Source: a virus | Lineage: Duplodnaviria > Caudoviricetes | Virus record (IMG/VR): IMGVR_UViG_3300042862_000163 | Span: 50,521 to 114,520 of that record | DNA length: 64,000 nt | Strand: one strand, 5' to 3' | Shown: piece by piece, positions 20,276-28,743 of the stretch | Position numbering within the stretch: the stretch's first letter is position 1 | Layout: the number at the start of each line of letters is the position of its first letter | Notes under the pieces: generated by a model | What the model saw: only the letters and a program-made list of their open reading frames with translations | Database searches by the model: none | What the model was told of the DNA's origin: nothing | Position numbers and translations under genes: made by a program

Positions 20276-21598
20276 ATGCCTACATTTATAAAACCAGGAT
20301 TCTGGGAAAAAAGACAAAAAGGATATGACCATTGGTTAAACCTTGATCAATTAATAATTTCATTGAGCCCTCCAGCTACAACTGGTCCATTTGAATACAA
20401 TGCAAATGCAACTGGTATTCAGCCAATATTAGGAACTAATGTTGCAAGTGGTACAAATGCTACAATTGGTGGTGGTATTTATAATACTGCTTCTTGTAAT
20501 TATTCAACAGTTGGTGGTGGTCAAGGTAATACTGCTTCTAATTATCATTCAACTATTAGTGGTGGTTATGGTAATACTGCTTCTAACAGTTATTCAACAG
20601 TTGGTGGTGGTTTAAGTAATACTGCTTCTTCTAATTATTCAACAATTGGAGGTGGTCGAAACAACATTGTTTCTGGATGTTATGCGACAGTTGGTGGAGG
20701 AGGAGGATTTGGATACTCTGGAAACTCTGGTTATCCAGATTATTCTCCTATTTATTCAAGTTTTGGCAACAATGCTTCTGGATGTATTTCAACAATAAGT
20801 GGTGGTAGATGCAATACTGCTTCTAGTTATTATTCAACAATTAGTGGTGGTTCTTTAAATACTGCTTCTGGTTCTAATTCAACAATTGGTGGTGGTAATC
20901 AAAATACCGCTTCTAACGCTTATTCAACAGTTGGTGGTGGTTATAGAAATACTGCTTCTGGTTCCCTTTCAACAGTTGGTGGTGGTTTAAGTAATACTGC
21001 TTCTCAATATGCTTCAACAGTTGGTGGTGGTATATTTAATACTGCTTCTCAATATGCTTCAACAGTTGGTGGTGGTAAATGCAATATTGCCCCTGGTTCT
21101 TGTTCAACAATTGGAGGTGGTTATAAAAATATTACTAGTGATTATTCAACAGTTGGTGGTGGTAGATATAATATTGCTTCTAATTTTACATCAACAATTG
21201 GTGGTGGTCAATATAATACCGCTTCTGGTTTAGGTTCAACAGTTAGTGGTGGCGGAGTGAATTATTATAATAGTAGTGTTTATGGTGCTGGTAATATTGC
21301 TTCTGGCGATTCTTCAACAATCGCTGGTGGTTTGTTTAATACTGCTTCTGGATGTAGGTCAGCAATTGGGGGTGGTTGTATTAATGTTGCTTCTGGTACT
21401 TTTTCTGGAATATTAGGAGGGTCATATAATAACACAAATACTTGCAATTTTGCAATGATTGTCGGTACAAATATAACTGCCGACAGAAGTTGTGCTACAT
21501 TTGTAAATAACTTATCAATCAAAAACATTCCAACTGCAAGTGCTGGTTTACCAAGTGGGTCTGTTTGGAAAAATGGAAATGTATTAAATATAGTTTAA
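20276..21598 (+). CDS. Gly-rich repeat (beta-solenoid/adhesin-like) virion fibre
   Basis: About 20 copies of a 15-aa NTASxxxSTIGGGxx repeat; C-terminal PTASAGLPSGSVW motif. Confidence 0.75.
   Translation: MPTFIKPGFWEKRQKGYDHWLNLDQLIISLSPPATTGPFEYNANATGIQPILGTNVASGTNATIGGGIYNTASCNYSTVGGGQGNTASNYHSTISGGYGNTASNSYSTVGGGLSNTASSNYSTIGGGRNNIVSGCYATVGGGGGFGYSGNSGYPDYSPIYSSFGNNASGCISTISGGRCNTASSYYSTISGGSLNTASGSNSTIGGGNQNTASNAYSTVGGGYRNTASGSLSTVGGGLSNTASQYASTVGGGIFNTASQYASTVGGGKCNIAPGSCSTIGGGYKNITSDYSTVGGGRYNIASNFTSTIGGGQYNTASGLGSTVSGGGVNYYNSSVYGAGNIASGDSSTIAGGLFNTASGCRSAIGGGCINVASGTFSGILGGSYNNTNTCNFAMIVGTNITADRSCATFVNNLSIKNIPTASAGLPSGSVWKNGNVLNIV
20438..21427 (+). repeat. Coding tandem repeat with a 45-bp unit
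   Basis: For example AATACTGCTTCTCAATATGCTTCAACAGTTGGTGGTGGT at 20993 and 21038. Confidence 0.9.
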
Positions 21599-21628
21599 AA
21601 AAAAAACAATAAAACCGAAATACTTTTT

Positions 21629-21636
21629 TATATTTG
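21629..21636 (+). promoter_or_regulatory. Candidate TAnnTTTG -7 element
   Basis: TATATTTG upstream of 21673. Confidence 0.45.
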
Positions 21637-21672
21637 TATTTCAAAAAATAAATAATTTAAAAATAAAATAAA

Positions 21673-21993
21673 ATGGAAAATTTCACAATTCACATCTTTG
21701 GTTACGGAGAAACACAAATCAACTCAAAAGATTTATCTGTAAAAGTTGCAACTGATACGTTAACTACTGTAACGCCTTTAATCACTGGGATATTTGCTAA
21801 AAAACCAGCAGACAATCCAACATTAATTACAGACTTTCACGCAATTAACCTATTTGGTTATAATGATGTTCGTTGGCAAGTAAAAAATAACGGTTTTAAT
21901 GTTAAAGATGATGTAGAGCTAAAACCTCTTATTGATGCTTTAATTGCTGAATTGCAAACTACCACTACTACTACCACTACTACAGTTGTATAA
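21673..21993 (+). CDS. Hypothetical protein ending LQTTTTTTTTTVV
   Basis: ORF track; poly-Thr C-terminus. Confidence 0.75.
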   Translation: MENFTIHIFGYGETQINSKDLSVKVATDTLTTVTPLITGIFAKKPADNPTLITDFHAINLFGYNDVRWQVKNNGFNVKDDVELKPLIDALIAELQTTTTTTTTTVV

Positions 21994-22001
21994 ATAATAT
22001 T

Positions 22002-22030
22002 AGGGCATATATTATATGCCTTTTTTTTTT
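22002..22030 (+). terminator. Intrinsic terminator
   Basis: GGCATAT-att-ATATGCC stem-loop followed by T10. Confidence 0.8.
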
Positions 22031-22047
22031 AAACCAAACTACATACT

Positions 22048-22872
22048 ATGGAAAGAAAATTCTTTTTTAATTCATCTCTACCGAGAGCTGGATCAACATT
22101 ATTACAAAACATAATTGCAGATAATCCAGAATTCTATTGTACACCTACAAGTGGATTTTTAGAATTGATTTTAGCAGCTAAACAAAGTTTTAGTCAATCA
22201 CCAACAGTGAAGGCTCAAGATGATGCATTAATGACTAAAGCATTTCTTTATTTTTGCAAAGGAGCAATGGATGGTTATTTTAATGCTTTAACTGATAAAC
22301 CCTATATATTAGATAAAAATAGAGCATGGGGAATTCATTTACCATTAGTTAAACAATTTACTGGAGAACAGCCTAAAATGGTTTTTATGGTAAGAGACAT
22401 TAGAGCTATTTTTGCTTCTATGGAAAAAAACTTTCGTAAAAATCCAACTAAAGAAAACCATATTCAAAATCCTGATCAGATGGTTGGCACTACCCTTCAG
22501 AAAAGAGTAGAACTTTGGTCTAATAATGTTCCTATAGGAATAACTATGGATAGATTAAAAGATATGATTGACCAAGGAATAGATAAAAAAGTTTTATTTA
22601 TTCGTTATGAAGATCTGATGGACTTTCCAGAACAAGAAATTAAACGTTTTTATGAATATATGGAACTTCCATATTATGAAGGACATAATTTCAATACTGT
22701 AACACAACACACACATGAAAATGATTCATTTCATGGTATATATGGTGATCACGTGCTAAGAGAGAAGTTTGAAAGAAAACCTGATGATTTTGAGGATATA
22801 TTAGGATTTGAGATTTGTCAATCAATAAAGAATGCATATCCTTGGTTCTATAAGAAATTTGGATACGTTTAA
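22048..22872 (+). CDS. PAPS-dependent sulfotransferase
   Basis: 5'-PSB motif SLPRAGSTLL, DKNRAW, 3'-PB motif MVRD....S, IRYEDL. Confidence 0.9.
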   Translation: MERKFFFNSSLPRAGSTLLQNIIADNPEFYCTPTSGFLELILAAKQSFSQSPTVKAQDDALMTKAFLYFCKGAMDGYFNALTDKPYILDKNRAWGIHLPLVKQFTGEQPKMVFMVRDIRAIFASMEKNFRKNPTKENHIQNPDQMVGTTLQKRVELWSNNVPIGITMDRLKDMIDQGIDKKVLFIRYEDLMDFPEQEIKRFYEYMELPYYEGHNFNTVTQHTHENDSFHGIYGDHVLREKFERKPDDFEDILGFEICQSIKNAYPWFYKKFGYV

Positions 22873-22888
22873 TCATAAAAAAACCAAC

Positions 22889-23758
22889 ATGAATATAATA
22901 TTTGATATATCAGGAGGATTGGGTAAAAACATTCTTTCTACAGCAGTATTAAAAGCAATTAGAAAACAACACAGTGATGCTTACATTATTGTTCTTACAT
23001 CTTATCCAGATGTATTTATTTCTAATCCAAGTATAAATAAAGTTATACAACATGGATCTACTACAGGAATCTATAAAGACTATATTATGTCTAAAGATGC
23101 AAAAGTGTTTGTTACAGATCCTTATACATGTTCTGATTACTTAACAGAATCAAAACATTTAATAGAAATTTGGTGTAAGCTTTGTGAAGTTCCTTATGAT
23201 AATGAAATGCCTGAACTTTTTATCTCTAAAGCAGAAATAGAGTATTTTGCTCCTTTTTATAAACTTGATAAACCTATTATGGTTATACAACCTAACGGTG
23301 GTTCACAAGAGCAACCATTAAAATATAGTTGGACAAGAGATATTCCTGCTCCAGTTATAAAAGATGTAATTGAACATTATAAAAATAAATACACTATTGT
23401 ACATGTTAAAAGAGAAGATCAACCTATTTATGAAAATACAATAGCAGCTCTTGATTCATTTAGAAGTATAGCAGTTCTATTAATTTTATCAGAAAGAAGA
23501 CTTCTCATTGATTCTTCTGTACAACATATAGCTGCAGCATTAGATTTACCAAGTCTTGTATGTTGGATAGGAACAAATCATAAAGTGTTTGGTTATGATA
23601 TGCATGCTAATATAGAAGCTAACACACCAGACAAAGAATTAAATTTTGATCATCCATATTTACAAAAACTTCCTTTATTTGAAGATATTTCTAAATGTCC
23701 TTATACAGAATTGAATAAAATATTTGACAGTAAAGATATAATCAAAGCTTTGAAATAA
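22889..23758 (+). CDS. GT9 (heptosyltransferase-like, GT-B) glycosyltransferase
   Basis: GGLGK N-terminal motif; IDSSVQHIAAALDLPSLVCW. Start refined to ATG 22889. Confidence 0.8.
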   Translation: MNIIFDISGGLGKNILSTAVLKAIRKQHSDAYIIVLTSYPDVFISNPSINKVIQHGSTTGIYKDYIMSKDAKVFVTDPYTCSDYLTESKHLIEIWCKLCEVPYDNEMPELFISKAEIEYFAPFYKLDKPIMVIQPNGGSQEQPLKYSWTRDIPAPVIKDVIEHYKNKYTIVHVKREDQPIYENTIAALDSFRSIAVLLILSERRLLIDSSVQHIAAALDLPSLVCWIGTNHKVFGYDMHANIEANTPDKELNFDHPYLQKLPLFEDISKCPYTELNKIFDSKDIIKALK

Positions 23759-24237
23759 TGGCAATCTATTGGTTTACAGGACAACCTTCACATGGTAAAA
23801 CAACCCTTGCTAATGTTTTAGTAAATAATTTAAAATGGAGAGATAGAAAAGTGTTTCACATAGATGGAGACAATTTAAGAGCCCTTACATTAAATACTGA
23901 TTATTCTAAACAGGGTAGGCTTGATAATATTACAGGAGCTCAAAAGATAGCTAACTACCTTCACAATGAAGGATGGGATGTAGTGGTATCCTTAGTTTCT
24001 CCTTATAGAGAACAAAGAGAACAATTTAAAAAACACATAGGCAATCGTCTTGTAGAATTATATGTACATGCAGAAGAACCTAGAGAAAGAGATAATTTAA
24101 AATCTTTAGATTATGAACCTCCTTTAGAAAACTTTATAGATGTTAACACTACAAATATAGATCCTAAAGATAATATTAAAAACATATTATGGTTAATAGA
24201 AAACGACACATCGCTAAGACTATTACTTATAGAATAA
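23758..24237 (+). CDS. cysC: Adenylylsulfate (APS) kinase
   Basis: WFTGQPSHGKTT P-loop, IDGDNLR, VSLVSPY..R, YEPP. Confidence 0.9.
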   Translation: MAIYWFTGQPSHGKTTLANVLVNNLKWRDRKVFHIDGDNLRALTLNTDYSKQGRLDNITGAQKIANYLHNEGWDVVVSLVSPYREQREQFKKHIGNRLVELYVHAEEPRERDNLKSLDYEPPLENFIDVNTTNIDPKDNIKNILWLIENDTSLRLLLIE

Positions 24238-24392
24238 TAAGTACAATTATAGGATTTGGTATTGTGTATATTTTATCAGGATCTCTAAAAACAGGTGTAG
24301 CTTTTAGTTTTTTAGAAATTATATACAAGCCTGTACAATATTACATACATGAAAGAGTTTGGTATCGATATATTAAATATGGATTAAAATAA
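24189..24392 (+). CDS. DUF2061-like small membrane protein
   Basis: [14 protein letters not shown]...YYIHERVW. Confidence 0.75.
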   Translation: MVNRKRHIAKTITYRIISTIIGFGIVYILSGSLKTGVAFSFLEIIYKPVQYYIHERVWYRYIKYGLK

Positions 24393-24400
24393 AAAAAATT

Positions 24401-25132
24401 ATGGCAACATTTATTAAAGCAGGTTTTTGGCAAAAATTATGTAATCCTTGTAATGGTTACAAAGGATGGCTTAATTTAGATCAGTTGATAGAAAGTATAG
24501 CTGGTCCAGGAGTTCCTGGTCCACAAGGTCCTAAAGGTCCTCAAGGAGTACAAGGAGAACAAGGAGTTAAAGGTGACCAAGGTATACAAGGAGACACAGG
24601 TCCTCAAGGTCCTTCAGGACTTACAGGTTTATTTGCTCAAACTGCTGATAGTGCACCTGTAGTAAATACTGCAGTGGAAACAACAATAGTAGGACCAGGT
24701 GTTGGTTCTCTTACTGTTCCTGCAAATGGATTTCAAATAGGAGATAGTTTTACTTGTGCACTAGATGGATTAGTTACTTGTGGAAGTTCAGCAACATTAC
24801 ATATTCGTATTAGAACATTATCTGGAGTGATTTTAGCTGATACAGGTATAATTGATATGGCAGCTGCAACTGATAAATCTTGGATAATAAATTTATATTT
24901 TACAATAAGAACATTAGGAGGAGTAGGTGTTGCATCAATTTCATCAGGTGGATTATTTTCTTATATTAGAAATGGAGGTACACAGTTTGAAGGATATGTT
25001 TTAAGTACAGTTAATACTACAACATTTAATACAACTATTGATAATACACTTGTAATTACAGCACAATGGGACCCAGGTTCTATAGGTAATTCAATAGTAA
25101 CAAGAAACTTTACGCTCACTAAAGTATATTAA
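24401..25132 (+). CDS. Collagen-like virion fibre protein
   Basis: About 13 G-X-Y triplets followed by a beta-rich head; N-terminus shared with the 20276 protein. Confidence 0.8.
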   Translation: MATFIKAGFWQKLCNPCNGYKGWLNLDQLIESIAGPGVPGPQGPKGPQGVQGEQGVKGDQGIQGDTGPQGPSGLTGLFAQTADSAPVVNTAVETTIVGPGVGSLTVPANGFQIGDSFTCALDGLVTCGSSATLHIRIRTLSGVILADTGIIDMAAATDKSWIINLYFTIRTLGGVGVASISSGGLFSYIRNGGTQFEGYVLSTVNTTTFNTTIDNTLVITAQWDPGSIGNSIVTRNFTLTKVY

Positions 25133-25199
25133 AATATATTTGGTTATTAAATTTATATTTTTTACTTTTACGAATTATTAATAATTTAAAACCAATATT

Positions 25200-25445
25200 A
25201 TGGCACAGTATGACCCAAATTCCAAATATACTTGGAAACCTGAAGACACATTTACATTAACAGGACAAGAGTTTGGTCTAATTCTTAACACAGTTAGATC
25301 TTATTTATCATCAGAAGAAGCTGCAAGATTTCAATTAATGATTCAAACTAATCAAGTGATTGAGAAAATCATGAAAGAAGCAGTAGAAAATGATGTTATT
25401 ACAGAAGTTGTGGAAGAAGTTCCTACAATGGAAGTGGTGCAATAA
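25200..25445 (+). CDS. Hypothetical protein
   Basis: ORF track; preceded by TATATTTG at 25135. Confidence 0.65.
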   Translation: MAQYDPNSKYTWKPEDTFTLTGQEFGLILNTVRSYLSSEEAARFQLMIQTNQVIEKIMKEAVENDVITEVVEEVPTMEVVQ

Positions 25446-25502
25446 CACAACATAGCTGTTGGGAGACGAATAACAGCTGTTTTCAAACAAAAGCTCTTCT
25501 CT

Positions 25503-25706
25503 ATGAGAATATACGAACCAAAGAATAGAATAGATGTTACAACACCCAAGGGAGATGGGATTATCTGGATTATTACAGAATTCGGAACAGAAACAGATAC
25601 CATCTATACAATTATTATTAATGACACAGGTGAGATGTGGCAATACACTCACAAAGATATTATTGTAAAACCCAATATAACATTTAAACGCTATGGCAAC
25701 AATTAA
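25503..25706 (+). CDS. Hypothetical protein (beta-rich)
   Basis: ORF track. Confidence 0.6.
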   Translation: MRIYEPKNRIDVTTPKGDGIIWIITEFGTETDTIYTIIINDTGEMWQYTHKDIIVKPNITFKRYGNN

Positions 25707-26127
25707 AAAAGCACAGAATGGTGCTAAAACTAAAGATAGTACAGCATATTTTTCAAATGTGAAAAATAATGCATATAAAGTTGCAGATGAATACCGTAAC
25801 GCTGCTTTTTCTGGAGGAGATGTAAGAGAAAAAGCTAAAAAAGTTGCATTTAAAGCATCTGATGATTTAATAAGACAATCTAAAAAAGGAAAACCAGGTA
25901 AGGATGCTAATGGTTATCCAGTAAAAAAGAAAATGAAAAATGGTGGAAGTCTAACTGGACTTAAAGCATCTAACAAAAGAGTTGGTCCTGTAGATCCAAA
26001 AGGAGCATTCACAAAGGTACAAAAGAAAACATTAGCTGGTGCTAAAGGAAAAGCTTCTCTTACCAAAGATAAACAACTTGGTGCTACAAAGATGGCTAAA
26101 TGTGGTGCTAAAATGTCTAAGAAATAA
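25693..26127 (+). CDS. Lys-rich basic protein with KAQxG/KxGG motifs
   Basis: KKAQNG, MKNGG, AKCGAKMSKK. Confidence 0.7.
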   Translation: MATIKKAQNGAKTKDSTAYFSNVKNNAYKVADEYRNAAFSGGDVREKAKKVAFKASDDLIRQSKKGKPGKDANGYPVKKKMKNGGSLTGLKASNKRVGPVDPKGAFTKVQKKTLAGAKGKASLTKDKQLGATKMAKCGAKMSKK

Positions 26128-26288
26128 TGGCAACTGATAAAAAGTGGATTCAATCTGCAACAGCCTCTATAAAAAAAAGAGGAACTGCTGGGAAATGCAC
26201 ACCTATCACAAAGAAGGGGTGTTCTGGAAAAGCTAAAACTTTAGCTCTTACATTCAAAAAAATTGCTAAATCTAATAAGAAGAAATAA
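26127..26288 (+). CDS. Small Lys-rich protein (53 aa, MATDKKWIQ...)
   Basis: Hand-translated; TAATG-coupled on both sides. Confidence 0.7.
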   Translation: MATDKKWIQSATASIKKRGTAGKCTPITKKGCSGKAKTLALTFKKIAKSNKKK

Positions 26289-27076
26289 TGGCTAAGATAA
26301 CTAAAGTTCCAGATGGTCCTCTTATTAAAAAGAAAGGCCCATTTAAAGGAAGCACATTAAAAGCTGGTGGTATGATCAAACGTGCTGATGGTTCTACATC
26401 AAAACGTGGTTTATGGGATAACATAAGAGCTAACAAAGGATCTGGTAAGAAACCTACAACAGCTATGTTAAAACAAGAAAAGAAAATTAAAGCTAATGAT
26501 AATGTTAAAAAATCTAATTTTTCTAAAATGAAATTAGGTGGTAAGATAATTAAGAAAGCACAAAGTGGTATTACTACAAGTAGTTCTTATAATCCAGAAA
26601 CTAAAGAAACTACTATAAAGAAATCTTGGTCTGATACTAAATCTGGTAGTTTCAATAAGTCTTCTAATGCAAAAGCTAATAAAAATACTGTATCTAAATC
26701 TATAGCTAAACCAACTATTTCTAAAACTCCTATTAAAGTTATCACTAAAGGTCAAAGAGAGTATAAAACTTTTCCTGGTCCTACTGCTGCTGGTATAGTT
26801 AATAAATCAGAAATAAAAGCTCCTTTATTACCAGCTAATGCTGCTAAAAAACCTGTTACTCCTAAAGAAAGTTTAGAAAACAGACGTGAATATGTTAAAC
26901 AGAAACAAACTACTGAAGACAAAACATATTTAAAACAAAATCCTGGAAAAACATTAGAAGATAGAAGCAAAGATATTCAAAAAAGAAAAAAACAATTAGA
27001 AAGACAATATAATAGAAATTCTCCTGGATTACCTTTACCAAATAAAAAAGGTTCTGGAGGATGTACAAATTGTTAA
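26288..27076 (+). CDS. Lys-rich basic protein
   Basis: LKAGG, GLWDNIRA, MKLGG..KKAQSG. Confidence 0.7.
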   Translation: MAKITKVPDGPLIKKKGPFKGSTLKAGGMIKRADGSTSKRGLWDNIRANKGSGKKPTTAMLKQEKKIKANDNVKKSNFSKMKLGGKIIKKAQSGITTSSSYNPETKETTIKKSWSDTKSGSFNKSSNAKANKNTVSKSIAKPTISKTPIKVITKGQREYKTFPGPTAAGIVNKSEIKAPLLPANAAKKPVTPKESLENRREYVKQKQTTEDKTYLKQNPGKTLEDRSKDIQKRKKQLERQYNRNSPGLPLPNKKGSGGCTNC

Positions 27077-27104
27077 TAAATTATAAATCTAAAACTAAGA
27101 AATA

Positions 27105-27374
27105 ATGGCAACACCTGCATGGACTAGATCTGAAGGAAAATCAAAATCTGGTGGATTAAATGCTAAAGGAATAGCATCATATAGAGCTGCAAACCCAGGT
27201 TCGAAACTCAAAAAAGCTGTTACTACTAAACCTTCTAAACTTAAACCTGGAAGTAAAGATGCAAATAGACGTAAGTCTTTTTGTGCTAGAATGGGTGGTG
27301 TTAAAGGACCTATGAAGAAACCAAGTGGTAAACCTACAAGAAAAGCATTAGCTTTAAAAAAATGGAATTGTTAA
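27105..27374 (+). CDS. Basic protein (DUF6321-like)
   Basis: GGLNAKG...RRKSFCARM...ALKKWNC. Confidence 0.7.
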   Translation: MATPAWTRSEGKSKSGGLNAKGIASYRAANPGSKLKKAVTTKPSKLKPGSKDANRRKSFCARMGGVKGPMKKPSGKPTRKALALKKWNC

Positions 27375-27394
27375 TCAATTAAAAATAATATATA

Positions 27395-27790
27395 ATGGCA
27401 ACAATAAAAAAAGCTCAAGCAGGAATCACTGCTAAAAAACCTGCAGTTAAAATAGAAAAGAAAACTACTGTAACAGCTAAACCTAAGACTGCTTCTCAGA
27501 GAATTGGAGACTTAACATTAAGAGATATTAAAAATTCTACTGAAACAGCTCTTGATCTTTCTACTCTTGGTGCATATGGAGCTGCAAAAAAAGGTATTAA
27601 AAAATTAACTGGTATGAAATCTGGTGGCAATATGAAGAAAGCTAAATCTGGTATATCATTAGGAATGAAATCTGTTAAAGCAGGTGTTGATAAGAATCCT
27701 GGTGTAACTAGAGCTGATATTATTACAGCTGCAACAAAGAAAGCTAAATCAGGAGCTAAGATGACTAAATGTAAAACTGGTTGTAAATAA
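27395..27790 (+). CDS. Lys-rich basic protein with KAQAG/KSG motifs
   Basis: N-terminus MATIKKAQ is identical to that of the 25693 protein. Confidence 0.7.
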   Translation: MATIKKAQAGITAKKPAVKIEKKTTVTAKPKTASQRIGDLTLRDIKNSTETALDLSTLGAYGAAKKGIKKLTGMKSGGNMKKAKSGISLGMKSVKAGVDKNPGVTRADIITAATKKAKSGAKMTKCKTGCK

Positions 27791-27951
27791 TGACTTCTGG
27801 TAAAGCAAAGAAATCAGGAGCTCCAAGAAAAGCTCCAAAGGTTGGTATTCCTAGAAAGGACAAACCTTTTTCAAAGACTAAGTCTATGGATGATAAAGCT
27901 ATAAGAACTTCTCCTCAACAACCAATGAAACAAAAGAGATTATCCAAATAA
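27790..27951 (+). CDS. Small Lys-rich protein (53 aa, MTSGKAKKSG...)
   Basis: Hand-translated; ends at the terminator. Confidence 0.65.
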   Translation: MTSGKAKKSGAPRKAPKVGIPRKDKPFSKTKSMDDKAIRTSPQQPMKQKRLSK

Positions 27952-27952
27952 A

Positions 27953-27977
27953 AAAAGCCCTTGAAATAAGGGCTTTT
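27953..27977. terminator. Bidirectional intrinsic terminator at the convergence of the two genome arms
   Basis: AAAAGCCCTT-gaaat-AAGGGCTTTT. Confidence 0.85.
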
Positions 27978-28065
27978 CTATTTAAAACAATTAAAACAAT
28001 TAAAAAAATAAGAAAGAAAAATAATAATTTTGTTGGAGAGCTTTTGCTTTACAAATATATAACAT

Positions 28066-28743
28066 TTATTTCAATTGATCATAATAATCATTATTAAAAT
28101 GTGGATGAAGAATAATATTTCCTTTTGTATCATCTAACACTCTATCTGCATGATCTAATATAACTTGATTGTCATTATTTCCTAACCCTGAAACATGGAA
28201 TGTGTTCATTCCCCATCTATATATCATTGTATGTTTTAACTTTGATTCATATATTTTTCCATTATTATGAAATGTTATATCTGCATCTTCTCCATTACTT
28301 GTATTAGGCCATTTAATTCTATTTAAATAATCTTTGGTATATATATTACCATTGTTAATATTGCTTGATTCTTTCTCAAATTTATTATCAACAAAGAAAT
28401 ACATTCCTTCACTTCTATAAATATCAAATCCTGGATTAGTATCTATATCAATTTGTGCATTCTTTAGTGCCCATGGAGCAAGTAAATCATCATCATCTAA
28501 TCTATATATGTATGGATAATTACATTGTTTATATCCCCATTCAAGTTTAGCTGATATAGAAGGAAATCTAGTTTCACAATTGATAATCCTTACTCTAGGG
28601 TGATTATAGATATATTTTATATCTGGATTATCATTAACTATAACCATTTCACATTCTGGTGTGAGTTCTTGTGATATAAATGATTGAATTGCTTCTTCAA
28701 GCAAATGATGTCTTTTGTATGTAAGTGTTAAAACTGAAATCAT
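28066..28743 (-). CDS. GT2 family glycosyltransferase
   Basis: ISVLTLTY.R, IVND, RLDDDD, GED. Confidence 0.85.
   Translation of the reverse strand: MISVLTLTYKRHHLLEEAIQSFISQELTPECEMVIVNDNPDIKYIYNHPRVRIINCETRFPSISAKLEWGYKQCNYPYIYRLDDDDLLAPWALKNAQIDIDTNPGFDIYRSEGMYFFVDNKFEKESSNINNGNIYTKDYLNRIKWPNTSNGEDADITFHNNGKIYESKLKHTMIYRWGMNTFHVSGLGNNDNQVILDHADRVLDDTKGNIILHPHFNNDYYDQLK

Noticed and set aside
20438-21427. Regularly spaced repeats resembling a CRISPR array or an ice-nucleation gene
   Set aside because: The repeats are in-frame 45-bp coding units with synonymous variation and no unique spacers; no cas genes are present; the period is 15 aa rather than the 16-aa AGYGST unit of InaZ.
16324-25132. 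Diversity-generating retroelement acting on the fibres
   Set aside because: No reverse transcriptase and no TR/VR pair with adenine-specific mismatches were seen in the window.
28052-28059. Minus-strand TATATTTG after the GT2 stop, a possible antisense or small-RNA promoter
   Set aside because: A single 8-mer in very AT-rich DNA with no downstream ORF; insufficient support.
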